DNA from: Veleropilina oligotropha
Lineage: Eukaryota
NCBI GenBank assembly: GCA_048128005.1
Contig: JBEUKZ010000068.1
Span: 248,001-312,000 of the forward strand
Reading direction: 5' to 3'
DNA length: 64,000 nucleotides
Shown here: piece by piece, positions 1 through 10,115 of the stretch
Layout of the letters: every line of letters starts with the position of its first letter
How positions within the stretch are numbered: the stretch's first letter is position 1
Position numbers and translations under genes: made by a program
The notes under the pieces: generated by a model
Seen by the model: only the letters and a program-made list of their open reading frames with translations
What the model was told of the DNA's origin: nothing
Databases searched by the model: none

Positions 1-65
1 CATTATATTAAGATTTATTGCTCCGAGTAAACAAGATCTTTTCAGAAAACAATGCTAGCCGTTAA

Positions 66-948
66 GTTCTACTAGTATAAAATTGAAGTTTTACAAAGTG
101 TTCTTGATTCGCCACCATATTTTATGAAGTCATGTCTCCGATGGAGTTGGTAGCTAATGATCAAAATGACTTTAAACTGTTTGGGATATTTTTCATCAAC
201 GTATGCTACTGTTTTCATTCTTTGAAGCTCTTTAAACAAAAATCATGATTCTTTTGTCTCACGTAATTTACAGTATCGAACATGTTTACATTTATTTATA
301 GTTTCGCGCCAAATAATAGTCCGCAAATGACAGGTGTGTATGAAAGCCAATGTCCTCAATTGACAATTTTGACAATGCGAAGCCGAATCTACTGCCGCAT
401 TTAAAACTAGTGTCTTATCATATGTCGGTAGACTAATCAGTTAATGTATTAATGATATCAAATACTATGAACACCTATCAATATTGATATTTAAAAACAG
501 TTCTACTAGTAATAAGTATAAAATTGAAGTTTACAAAGTGTTCTTCATTCGCCGCCATATTTTATGCAGTCATGTCTCCGATGGAGTTGATTGTCGTTGT
601 GCTAATGATCAGAATGAATTTAAACTGTTTAGCATATTTGTTCATAGATGTATGCTACTGTTTTCATTCTTTGAAGCTCTTTAAACAAAAATCATGATTA
701 TTTTGTCTCACGTAATTTACAGTATCGAACATTTTTACATTTATCTATAGTTTCGAGCCAAATAATGGTCCGCAAATGACAGGTGTGTATGAAAGCCAAT
801 GTCCTCAATTGACAATTTTCACAATGGAAGCCGAATCTACCGCCGCATTTAAAACTAGTGTCTTATCATCTGTCGGTAGATTAATCAGTTAATGGATTAA
901 TGATATCAAATACTATGAACATCTATCAATATTGATATTTAAAAACAA
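66..948. repeat. Tandem duplication of a ~440-bp AT-rich unit (66-499, 500-948)
   Basis: Both units start gttctactagt, end attgatatttaaaaaca and align nearly throughout with small indels. Confidence 0.9.
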
Positions 949-1233
949 TATTCAAAGAAGCTGCCGTTATAATGTATTGATTACCGACGCGTTCAAGTAT
1001 ATTGCAGATCAAGAGGGATTATTCTCCATTAAAAGATTAGTGATAGACTACATGCCGACTAATTGTTAACCTTTATCTGTGGCTGATTTAGGGGGGGGGT
1101 CTATTTTCGACAGAGTGCCCCTTTTCTCGACTGAGTGCCCCCGTCTTTGTAAATAAATGCCGTTTATGAGGGTTGTATTTTAAAAATATTTCACGTCAGG
1201 GTGCAAGAAAAGCCATTTCGCAATGTCAATTAA

Positions 1234-2021
1234 AGTGGCATTACCAACGAGGATGTTACAGCCACTACAAATATATTGATATCATCGATATCAGTATATA
1301 CTAGCGAAATGCATACAGTTATGAATTAGACTAACGGTAGTCGAACGAATTTTGTGAAGTGTTACGTATATCGGTAGATATTCGGGTTCAAAAAACGACT
1401 AAAATAATAAAATAAATGTATACTTATTGAACGAGGTGCAGACGATTTCTTCGGCGGGTAATCGGAAATCACACAAAATCTATTTATAACTATCAACAGT
1501 TCGCCTACACTTGCGGATCACGAGTCGGTAGCGAAGAGACAAAATGTCTTCCAGTTCGGTAAGTTGCAGATTTCATTGTTTTTTTATTATTTCTGATAAT
1601 ATTAATAAATATTAGAAATATCAAGATATAATATTATACAACAATGATCAACTAGCGACAGTGCATACATGTTATAAAGAAGAGCTGACGAGAGGCTAGG
1701 CTTACTTCCATAAATCGACTTGCCAGCTTACAATTACAATCGTAACAACGTGAATATAGGCCTATACTATAGGCTATCACCTATACGAATTATCCCGAGG
1801 CAACCTCGGCGAAATTCCGGAGTAGTTCGTTTTTCTTAAAAGACCTGTCAGGTCTTTTAAGAAAAATGAATTTTTAACAAATATATTAAAATATAAATCG
1901 TGCATAAAATTGAATCAACAACTTATTAAATTTCATGATTCAAGTCCTTTGACAGGCACATGGCCGTTTTTTTGCTCAATTTGATGATAAAATTGGTTAC
2001 ATCCTCGTTGGTAATGCCACT
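1234..2021. mobile_element. Non-autonomous DNA transposon (MITE), Kolobok-like
   Basis: TIR agtggcattaccaacgaggatgt / acatcctcgttggtaatgccact; TTAA on both sides (1230-1233, 2022-2025); 5'-AG terminus; internal hairpin at 1831-1865; no ORF. Confidence 0.8.
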
Positions 2022-2543
2022 TTAACTAAATTTTTCTCAGCGTGTGGTCCCATCCCCAAACGGACCATTGATAAAATCTTTGGCCATGCAACACGTGGTC
2101 GTGCATATTGCGTATGTTGACAGAAGCTACTCATGATAAAACAGTTATTAAAATGTCTCCATCAAGACATTTTAAGGTGAAAGAAAAGTTATATTTATAC
2201 TTGTTTGTCGAAGAAGATAATGCTGACTAACTTGGACACGCGTGTCAGATTCACTCCACCAATAAATTACGAAATATCCACATTGGACTATTTGTATACG
2301 GCGACATTGCGTAATAAATAATACGGAGGTAAATACAGTGTATGTAGCTTCGACAATATGTCATTAATCGTAAAATAGAGTAAACGCATCATCATTCACC
2401 AACTTGATTCGTCTGAAAATTACGATAACGATCCATTTATTACGCTAATGACAGACGATAATAGTGGACAATTTTGGGTAGGCCAGTGAGCAGAGCACCA
2501 AGGCCAACATTTATTTCCAGGGCTGGGCACCAAGGCCACTATC

Positions 2544-2712
2544 AAAATTTGAAGAATGAATTTAGAACAAAGAAATTTGTATTGCGATGTTTTTCAAGTC
2601 AAAAATTAAATTACATTAAACATTTAATTTTTGACTTGATAATGTAATGTGATACATATTGAAACGTCGCAATACCAATTTTTTCCTGTTCTAAATTGAT
2701 TTTTCAAATTTT
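2544..2712. repeat. Imperfect fold-back (MITE-like palindrome)
   Basis: aaaatttgaa...tttagaaca...tattgcga pairs with tcgcaata...tgttctaaa...ttcaaatttt, with a nested tcaagtcaaaaattaaat / atttaatttttgacttga hairpin. Confidence 0.6.
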
Positions 2713-2897
2713 AATATCTCGGACATTTAGTGTGGGTTTATATATTAATTATCATCTTACAGTACAAACATCAATTAGGAAAATTTATATTTTTCATACA
2801 CCATCTATTTGTATAATGTGTTCAATTAACCGATTTTGTTAGTGTCTAAAGACTCTTGCTGTTTTCACTTTTCATATAAGCGCCATTTTAAAGGCCT

Positions 2898-3368
2898 AGC
2901 AGCAGGGGGGGCCGTGGAGGCTCCCAGCACCTGTTCAGAACCCAGGGTAGGGATTGTATTACAAAAAGTTACCGTGTGTACAGAGCTGGTAGTAAGAGCC
3001 CGTAGGGACGGCCCACTACCCTCGCCGGCCCGGGCTCCTCACTACACAACGTCTAACATGCCGGTTATTTCTCGCCGTGCACCGGGCTCGATATCTTAGT
3101 GGCATAATCTCTATTAGAGACTGGGGGTGAGTGTACTTTTTAGAATGGGAAAATAAGGCTCCCAGCCCTATTTCAGAACTGATAGGGTTGTACTGGTGGG
3201 AACTAGGGGGTATAGACTAGGGGCGGGGCGGCCGCCGTGGAGGCTCCCAGCACCCTTTCAGACCCCAGGGTATATCGTGTATTACAAAAAGTTACCGTGT
3301 GTACAGAGCGAGTAGCATGTAGTAAGAGCCCCCAGGGACGGCCCACTACCCTCGCCGGCCCGGGCTCT
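2898..3368 (+). repeat. Left TIR region with ~1.5 copies of a ~325-bp subterminal unit
   Basis: 2911-3179 is the reverse complement of ~19722-19990; 3123-3252 matches ~19975-20100; 3234-3367 is a diverged copy of 2911-3037. Confidence 0.9.
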
Positions 3369-3410
3369 TGTGTGTTAGTGTCATAACCTATTTAGAGACT
3401 GGTATATACG

Positions 3411-3710
3411 ATGGTATACGCGATAACTATGTGGGGAAAGAATGTATGCCCTTGGTTGACAGTTAATGCCGCTGGAGTTTGTGGTCGTAGCTGCGTCAAC
3501 GAATTTTGCAATGCCCATCGACGGCAAATTCGGATGGGTATAACACCATCCCCGCCATGTAAGAGATGTGGCAAGGGCACGAAATCGGCCGTTCTGGTGT
3601 GTAGACCATGTGGAGGTCGTCGTGCCGCCCAGGCTCTCATAAACACTAAAAACCGAGCTCGCCGTCTCTACGGCGCAGTATTGCGCGAGTTGCTGTCGCG
3701 CACGACATAA
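3411..3710 (+). CDS. Small Cys/His-rich basic protein (putative Zn finger)
   Basis: 99 aa with C-x10-C-x3-C-x4-CNAH, CKRC and CRPC motifs; first ATG ORF after the TIR. Confidence 0.65.
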   Translation: MVYAITMWGKNVCPWLTVNAAGVCGRSCVNEFCNAHRRQIRMGITPSPPCKRCGKGTKSAVLVCRPCGGRRAAQALINTKNRARRLYGAVLRELLSRTT

Positions 3711-3751
3711 AAAGTTCCAATTAGAGACTTGTGTTGTAGGGTCATATCGCG

Positions 3752-6700
3752 ATGGAACGTGTCTCCCTCAGAGACCTGCGCAATCTAGCGAAAGATTATG
3801 GGATTCCCGCTCGGTCGAAGCTCAAGAAGAACGACCTCATCAGGGCAATCGCCGGGGTCCGTGCTGCGGAGTTTCGGAGGAGGCTCGAGCGGGCGATGAA
3901 AACGGGAAGGTTCCCCTCCATACGTGGAGATGTGGAGAACCCCCACAAAAGAGGCCGACGTGCTCGCGAGTTGCGGCAGATTAAGGACGAGGTCGACGCC
4001 GCCCTGCAGGCTCGTAAATACGAATCCCAGGCTGAGAAAACGCCGGGGATTCGACTGAAGCCACTTCGCGCCATCACGGATCGAATCGTCAAGCGGTCTC
4101 GGAAAGAGACCCTTGCCCATGCTATTGCTCGGAAGGGGCCCGATCTTCTCATCTCCAAAACGCCCCGGACAGCCCAGGACTACCAGAAGGATCTTCTAGG
4201 GCAATTTACCACACCCGAGGGACAACGATTCATCGACCTGGATGACCAGGTCCCTCCCCCAGTAAGGCTCCCAGCAAAAGAGCCATGGGTGGAACTCTTG
4301 AGCGACGCCAAAGACGAGTTTGAGGTCGATGGCGCCGCGGCGGCTTTCTCCACATGGAGGGTAGAAGTGGCTGGACGGCTGGCCCTGGATGCCCGTATGA
4401 CAGATGCAAGGGCGGCACAGCTCCTCACAGCCCTTCCAAAGGGCGAGTATGTCCTTAGAATAAAGTTCTTGCATGAGTGGGGTGAAGGTGACTGGATGGT
4501 CGAAGACAAGTTTGACCCGGTGAAGGCTGCGAGAAAGAAGGGCCAGGGTGTCTTTGAGATCTCTCAGGATACTAAGCCGGGTGCTATCACTGGGGTCGAC
4601 AAGGTCTACTACGAGAATGCCTACCCGGTCACTGCAGTCGTCTACGGCGTCTATCCTCTCAGAGAACCAAACCCCGCCAACCTGGTCCCAATGAAGAACG
4701 GCGACCTCAACTGCGTTGCCCAAAGAGTGGTTGAGCACTTCGAAGGCGCCCTGAGAGGACACGGACTAACTCCAATCAGGCGGCAGAAAATAATGGAGTG
4801 GGAGGCGCGAGTTCATGTAACAGGAGCTTCCGTCGACGATGTGGCCCGACTGGAGAGGATCCTCAAGCGGGCGATTATCTTGAGGGACATTGCTGGTGAG
4901 GACATCTACAACAGTGGGAAGTACCAGTTTGGTGGGTCCACAGGCGGGGTGAGAGGTAAAGTAGAACTCATCTGTCACAACGGCCACGCCTGGTCGAAGG
5001 ACCTACACTTCCCGCAAAGTAGAGAGGTCCACCTGTATGAGGGCGATGTCTGGGAAGCTATTCGACAAGCCACACAGAATGAGCCATTGGCTGTCTGGCT
5101 CCTAGGCGGTAAAGACCGACAGCTCGGCGTGGACCAGTTCGTGCTGCAAGATGGCCGCACGTACCGGACAAAAGAGGCTCACGAGAGACTTCAAGAAGCC
5201 TGTACAGCGCTGGGGAATGAGTCCCTAGCCGATCGAGCCTTTGGCGAGAACCATGCAGCTAGCATTATGGCTAAAGAGACCAACGGCTGGAAACCCACCC
5301 CGGCGAGCCTGCTCGATGACATCCAGAAGGCCTGTGTAGAGCATGGCCACGGCGGTCTCTGGAATTCCATGAATTACGACACGGGCGATGTCTGCTGCAT
5401 CGATATGAAAGCCTGCTACCCTGCCAGCTTTCTGGGGCAGGGCGAGGCCAAGCCATACTTCGAAAGATTCGGACACCCAACCCACAGCATGACTCGGGTC
5501 GCAATTAACGGTCCTCTTCCCGAAGATATCGGCACCGGCTTTGCTGAGGTCGTGGGGTGGGAGTTCGCACAAGACATCCACCCCGTCATTGTAGCATGGT
5601 TCGGGAAGCACTTTGCAGAGAATGGATGGGCACCAACCCCGCTGCTCGCCTTCCTCATAGAATCTGGACTGCTAAAAAGCCTCAAGATCCGAGAAGCCAT
5701 CATCGCGTTCAAAGCCCAGACCGATGTCTGGCTTCCGGAGAATCGTGACCAGGGCTGCAGTATCATCGGCAAATTCACCCAAGGCGCCAAGGCCGAGGGT
5801 AAAAGATTGACACGGAGACTGGTGATTGACCAGGGAGAGCTGGACTTCCTGGTAAGAGACACCCGCCAAAGCGGTACCCTGGTCGGCGCACCTCAAAGGT
5901 GCCCTATGGGGCACATCCTCACGTACTATGATGGCTCCCAGCCTCAGTACGCCCACCTGAGGGCCGCGATGTTGGGGTATGCGCACATAAACCTCTTGAG
6001 CATGCTGAAGCGTTTCAGTGCAGCAGAAGCCGTCCGGGTAGCCACTGACAGCATCTACCTCAAGAAGGCCTCGTTGGAGAAGCTCGACGATGTCACGGTG
6101 TACGTTGCCCCCCAACTCTGCGACTGTCGCAGCCAATCGTGCATCTCATGTCTGATCGCGGAGCCGTACCTTCCGCCAGTAGCACCAGCCCAGTGGCGTG
6201 ACAAGGGCGAACAGCTGTATATGCCACAGGAACATGCCGCATACATGCCCAAGCCGGAGTACACGCAGTCCGAGAAGGACCTCCCGCCGAGCACCGCGCC
6301 ATGCTACAATGACACACTGACCCACCATCGCCTGAGTTACCTCAATGGTGGAGGGGGCTGTGGCAAGACTACGAGAGCGATCGAGCTCTTTCGGGCAAGG
6401 AATCCCGTCGTGTTCACACCAACCCACCGCCTCGCTAAAGAGATGCGAACCAGAGGCGTCAAAGCCCAGACCTACCACAGCTTCTTCCGATGGAGCGGTC
6501 AGAATGACTGGACGCCTGATCGCATGGGTCAGAAGTTCATCCCGCGCGTCATTATCTGGGACGAGGTCTGTACTGTTCCCCGGGCTATTCTAGAGATGTT
6601 CTTGGACTGGCTGGGCCGCCACGAAGTGCAGGTTATCTGCTGTGGCGATCAAGGCCAGCCACCACCGATTACGGGCGAGATGCCACACGATTGGCTGCGA

Positions 6701-7618
6701 AGGACTGCGGACTACTATGAAGAGATCGAAGTAGACTACAGGGCGAAAGACGACCCTGCCCTCCAAGCCCTAAAAAGACGGATACGTCTCCAGCCCGACA
6801 AAATCCAGTGCGACGAGATGCGACGGACTCTCCCCAGCTGCCTTGGATGGGATCGGTTCGTCAACACCTGGAAGCCAGGCGACCTAATCCTCACGAGCCG
6901 TCAGAAGGTCCGCGAACGGGCTCAACAGCTGTTGCTCCAGAGGCACAAGGAGCACTTCCCAGACTCCCCGGTACCTATCCTGTACCACCCCAGGGACACC
7001 CGTAAGCAAAACATCATGGTAACGATTCCGGGCACCAGCGACAGAGAGCAGCTAGTTCTGAACGACGTCGTCGAGGTCACCATTGACGCCGCTGAGAGGG
7101 CTATCCTGACCCCGGATTGGCGCCTGGGCTATGCTCTCACCATCCATTCGAGCCAGGGTCTTACGATTCACGACCCGCAGAGGGTCTGGATCATCGATGA
7201 CTACCTTCAGTGGAGTAATCTCGCCTACCTAGCCGTGTCCCGGGTGGAGCTGCTGCATCAGCTCGAACGGGTAACCTGTCCTCCGGATGAGGGTGCTGAG
7301 GACAGGCCCCCGCCGCAAACCGAGCAACAGCTCCGAAAGACCATCCAGAAAAAGCTCGTGGCGTACAAACGCCAGGACCAGGCCAAGGGACTCCCGGGAT
7401 TTAACCTCAAGGTCAACGACATCCTGCAGCTCAAAGACGCCCAAAACAACCGCTGCGCGGCATGCAACATAGAGCTGCTCTGGGCATATTCCCCGAAGGA
7501 CACACAGCAGTTCAGTGTCGACCGTGTGGACAACAGCAGGGGCCACATCCGCGACAACGTGCGCTTAACGTGTCTGGAATGTAACCGGAAACGAGGATTT
7601 GCGGTTGTTAACGCCTGA
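3752..7618 (+). CDS. Fusion protein: Rho_N/HeH-like helix + family B DNA polymerase palm + SF1 (Pif1/RecD-like) helicase + HNH nuclease
   Basis: N-terminal SLRDLRNLAKDYGIPARSKLKKNDLIRAI. PolB motifs IDMKACYP, SIIGKF, VATDSIY. Helicase motifs GGGGCGKT, IIWDE, CGDQGQPPP, YALTIHSSQGLT, YLAVSR. C-terminal CAAC...SVDRVDNSRGHIRDNVRLTCLECN. Confidence 0.88.
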   Translation: MERVSLRDLRNLAKDYGIPARSKLKKNDLIRAIAGVRAAEFRRRLERAMKTGRFPSIRGDVENPHKRGRRARELRQIKDEVDAALQARKYESQAEKTPGIRLKPLRAITDRIVKRSRKETLAHAIARKGPDLLISKTPRTAQDYQKDLLGQFTTPEGQRFIDLDDQVPPPVRLPAKEPWVELLSDAKDEFEVDGAAAAFSTWRVEVAGRLALDARMTDARAAQLLTALPKGEYVLRIKFLHEWGEGDWMVEDKFDPVKAARKKGQGVFEISQDTKPGAITGVDKVYYENAYPVTAVVYGVYPLREPNPANLVPMKNGDLNCVAQRVVEHFEGALRGHGLTPIRRQKIMEWEARVHVTGASVDDVARLERILKRAIILRDIAGEDIYNSGKYQFGGSTGGVRGKVELICHNGHAWSKDLHFPQSREVHLYEGDVWEAIRQATQNEPLAVWLLGGKDRQLGVDQFVLQDGRTYRTKEAHERLQEACTALGNESLADRAFGENHAASIMAKETNGWKPTPASLLDDIQKACVEHGHGGLWNSMNYDTGDVCCIDMKACYPASFLGQGEAKPYFERFGHPTHSMTRVAINGPLPEDIGTGFAEVVGWEFAQDIHPVIVAWFGKHFAENGWAPTPLLAFLIESGLLKSLKIREAIIAFKAQTDVWLPENRDQGCSIIGKFTQGAKAEGKRLTRRLVIDQGELDFLVRDTRQSGTLVGAPQRCPMGHILTYYDGSQPQYAHLRAAMLGYAHINLLSMLKRFSAAEAVRVATDSIYLKKASLEKLDDVTVYVAPQLCDCRSQSCISCLIAEPYLPPVAPAQWRDKGEQLYMPQEHAAYMPKPEYTQSEKDLPPSTAPCYNDTLTHHRLSYLNGGGGCGKTTRAIELFRARNPVVFTPTHRLAKEMRTRGVKAQTYHSFFRWSGQNDWTPDRMGQKFIPRVIIWDEVCTVPRAILEMFLDWLGRHEVQVICCGDQGQPPPITGEMPHDWLRRTADYYEEIEVDYRAKDDPALQALKRRIRLQPDKIQCDEMRRTLPSCLGWDRFVNTWKPGDLILTSRQKVRERAQQLLLQRHKEHFPDSPVPILYHPRDTRKQNIMVTIPGTSDREQLVLNDVVEVTIDAAERAILTPDWRLGYALTIHSSQGLTIHDPQRVWIIDDYLQWSNLAYLAVSRVELLHQLERVTCPPDEGAEDRPPPQTEQQLRKTIQKKLVAYKRQDQAKGLPGFNLKVNDILQLKDAQNNRCAACNIELLWAYSPKDTQQFSVDRVDNSRGHIRDNVRLTCLECNRKRGFAVVNA

Positions 7619-8612
7619 GAACCGGCGGCAGCTGGGTATCACGAGGCACCACGAGCAGTTCCTCACGAACGAAGCCACGCGGTGGTCCATCCAGCAAGTA
7701 GTAGAGCACAGGCTCGTCAGGCTTAGTGACGGTGCGTCCAAGCCTGTAAACGTTTAGAGACCACACCGGGTCAGTAGCACGGCGATGACCCCCCTCCAGC
7801 TCACCATCGTAGTAAAGGTAGCGAACATCTACGTCAGAGGGGAGTTTCTGTTCCTTCCCCTGTCGGCCTGGAACAGTGGCGCCTGGCTTTTGGGCAACGC
7901 GAGGTGCCTTGATGGCGTCCTTGGGCTTTTTACCGGTCAGCCTGGTCACTTCCCCATTCAAGGCCGCAACTACAGCTGCTAACCGGGCGACCCACTCAGT
8001 TGACCTTTGACCCTCTTTCGCAGACTCTGCAAACCGCATCTCTGTTGCATACTGGTGCCCGAAGAGCCGCTCAGCGAGCGTCCGGTTGAAGCGCTCCACA
8101 ATGCCCTGATCGCGATGGATATCCACACGGCCACGCCTAACCTCGACGTTATTCTTTGCCAGCAGCTGGGAAACCGTGCCCATAAACTCTCGCCCTGGAT
8201 CGACTTGAAGCAGTTTCGGCCAGCCAAGAGGACTCCGCCTGTAGATTCGGGCTAGTGCTTCAGCAACCCCTTTGGCCTCTTTTGTGACCAGAGGCTCAGC
8301 CTCTTTAAAGCGACTGGCCACATCAACCACAGTCAAAGCGTACTTGTACGTTTTACGGCCGACCATGTCATGGGGCAGAAACAGGAGATCGGCTTGGTGA
8401 ACCTCGTTCGGCGTCGTAACGTCAAACCGTGGTCTTGGAATCCGCCGTGGCGCAGGTAAATAGATCTGCCATATAGCCTGCCTCTTAAGCCATGTCCGGG
8501 CCTCCACTTCAGACGCCTTGGCAGCCTCAGCTAGTTTCTTTATCGCGGCAATGCCTTTCCAGTAGCCCTTAGGGCTGTAGTATATCCTCGCAAGCTTACT
8601 ATCCATCAGCAA
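7608..8612 (-). CDS. Retroviral-like (RVE) DDE integrase
   Basis: HQADLLFL, LTVVDVASRF, LQVDPGREF, IVERFNRTL; intact D-D-E triad. Confidence 0.93.
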   Translation of the reverse strand: MLMDSKLARIYYSPKGYWKGIAAIKKLAEAAKASEVEARTWLKRQAIWQIYLPAPRRIPRPRFDVTTPNEVHQADLLFLPHDMVGRKTYKYALTVVDVASRFKEAEPLVTKEAKGVAEALARIYRRSPLGWPKLLQVDPGREFMGTVSQLLAKNNVEVRRGRVDIHRDQGIVERFNRTLAERLFGHQYATEMRFAESAKEGQRSTEWVARLAAVVAALNGEVTRLTGKKPKDAIKAPRVAQKPGATVPGRQGKEQKLPSDVDVRYLYYDGELEGGHRRATDPVWSLNVYRLGRTVTKPDEPVLYYLLDGPPRGFVREELLVVPRDTQLPPVLRR

Positions 8613-8835
8613 TGTATTCCAGTAAACTGATCAGTCTCCAACAGGCTTCAGCTTCCGGAGCCGGTCGCTGCGCAGTGGTCGCCCGTAGGTTGGTCGGGCC
8701 CGAGAGCACCAGGACCGCGAACCGCACCATAGTCTTTTCGTCGCGGCGCCAGCAGTTGAGTAACGTAGTACTATAGCCGACCGCAAGCATAGCGCAGTAC
8801 AGCTCTTCTGGGAGCCCCATTACTATACATGCCAA
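8599..8835 (-). CDS. Hypothetical protein
   Basis: 78-aa ORF filling a gap in the minus-strand gene block; no recognised motif; start uncertain. Confidence 0.3.
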   Translation of the reverse strand: MACIVMGLPEELYCAMLAVGYSTTLLNCWRRDEKTMVRFAVLVLSGPTNLRATTAQRPAPEAEACWRLISLLEYIADG

Positions 8836-8862
8836 CGAAAAAAATGTTCACTATTGAAATAA

Positions 8863-9318
8863 TTAGGCGAGCTTGTAGGCTACCAACCCGGTCGCAGCCA
8901 TCCCCAGGATGATGAAGGTGATCTCACGTCCCTTCTGGGCATCGCTCGGTGTGTAGTAGTCAGACAGCTGGGGCTCAGGGCCACCTCCTATAGCGGTGGG
9001 GTCAAGTTTCTTGCCGGTGATCAATGCATACTCACGGATAGCGGCGTCAACATCTCGGAATGTCCCAACAGCGTGACCCTGGCGGCGAAGTTCAACGTTC
9101 AGCCAGTCGAGACGCTCTGCCCTCTTTTGGGACCATTTAGTCTGAGCGACGTTGAGCTGTTCTACAGCTATGTCGTGGCGTTTACGCTCCGCATCAACAC
9201 CGGAGCTGCGTAGCTTCGAGAAGAGGAAGTTGGAGCCGCTGAAGGCGAGGGCGTTGACGAGAGCGCCCCCAACCAGCATCGCAATGGAAGCCATTGAAAT
9301 GCTGCGATTATCTAGCAA
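8863..9318 (-). CDS. Putative membrane protein (hydrophobic ends, central helix)
   Basis: MASIAMLVGGALVNALAFSG...ITFIILGMAATGLVAYKLA; tightly packed with neighbours. Confidence 0.7.
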   Translation of the reverse strand: MLDNRSISMASIAMLVGGALVNALAFSGSNFLFSKLRSSGVDAERKRHDIAVEQLNVAQTKWSQKRAERLDWLNVELRRQGHAVGTFRDVDAAIREYALITGKKLDPTAIGGGPEPQLSDYYTPSDAQKGREITFIILGMAATGLVAYKLA

Positions 9319-9325
9319 GGTCCCA

Positions 9326-9565
9326 CTACTTCAATATATCGGCCGGAATGATGCCTTGCTTGATCAGCATGTCTTTCGTCGCCATGGCGAGCGCTACGTC
9401 GAGGACGACCATCCCGACATCGTAGCCCGTGAAGTCCAGTTTGGGGCTCGCTCCCTTGAATACCATCTTTGTCAGGCGTGCGTAGCCTATGGCGAGGCCT
9501 GACACTATAGCGGCGTGGTATACAGCGTTGCCGAGCATCTTTCCATCAGTGATTGGGGTAGTCAT
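9326..9565 (-). CDS. Small hydrophobic protein
   Basis: 79 aa, ATG start, two hydrophobic helices. Confidence 0.7.
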   Translation of the reverse strand: MTTPITDGKMLGNAVYHAAIVSGLAIGYARLTKMVFKGASPKLDFTGYDVGMVVLDVALAMATKDMLIKQGIIPADILK

Positions 9566-9590
9566 AACTGTTGATTAGTACCGTTTGCGA

Positions 9591-10115
9591 CTATTGCATA
9601 TGAAAAGGGTTCTGCTTCTTCAATTCGATAGTGGGGGCGGCCCGAGGCTGCCTAGCGTCCGCGTCTGGTGGCTGTTGATGTGGTGTGGATGGACCAGGGT
9701 TGCTGCGTTCTGATGACGTCTTCCAGACAACAAATACCAACGCAACCGTACCGGAAACGACGGCTACCTGGGTCCAATTAAATAGGTCCGATTTCCGTGT
9801 ATCTGGCGCACGCGGTCTTTCTGCAGCTGGAACCGCCTCCCCGGGCTGTTCTGATGGAACGACAACACTTGTTGGGGCACTCAGGTCTTCTTTCAATTTT
9901 CGAACCGCGGCCAGTAGCTTCTCCTGCTTGGCTTTTCGAGCAGCAGCGCCGGCCCTCCCTGCTGCGACCTTCTTCGGGTCCTTTTTACTCGCTGATGAGT
10001 CCGTCGAAGAAGTCACCCTCTCTATCGGCTGGCTCTCGATCACTTGGTCCACTTCCAGCGTTGTCATCTTGATCTCGCCCTCGCTCTGGTATCTTAGGCG
10101 GGCAAACATGTCCAA
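9591..10115 (-). CDS. Basic protein with one TM segment (start probably at internal MTTLEV)
   Basis: KKDPKKVAAGRAGAAARKAKQEK basic helix; TM segment VAVVSGTVALVFVVW. Confidence 0.65.
   Translation of the reverse strand: MDMFARLRYQSEGEIKMTTLEVDQVIESQPIERVTSSTDSSASKKDPKKVAAGRAGAAARKAKQEKLLAAVRKLKEDLSAPTSVVVPSEQPGEAVPAAERPRAPDTRKSDLFNWTQVAVVSGTVALVFVVWKTSSERSNPGPSTPHQQPPDADARQPRAAPTIELKKQNPFHMQ

Noticed and set aside
2892..2898. 6-bp TSD for the Polinton-like element
   Set aside because: The 6-mers differ (aggcct vs ggccta); only the 5-bp GGCCT fits symmetric AG..CT termini.
2836..3099. ORF overlapping the left TIR and its mirror at 19802-19987
   Set aside because: Crosses the element boundary; the duplication simply reflects the TIR.
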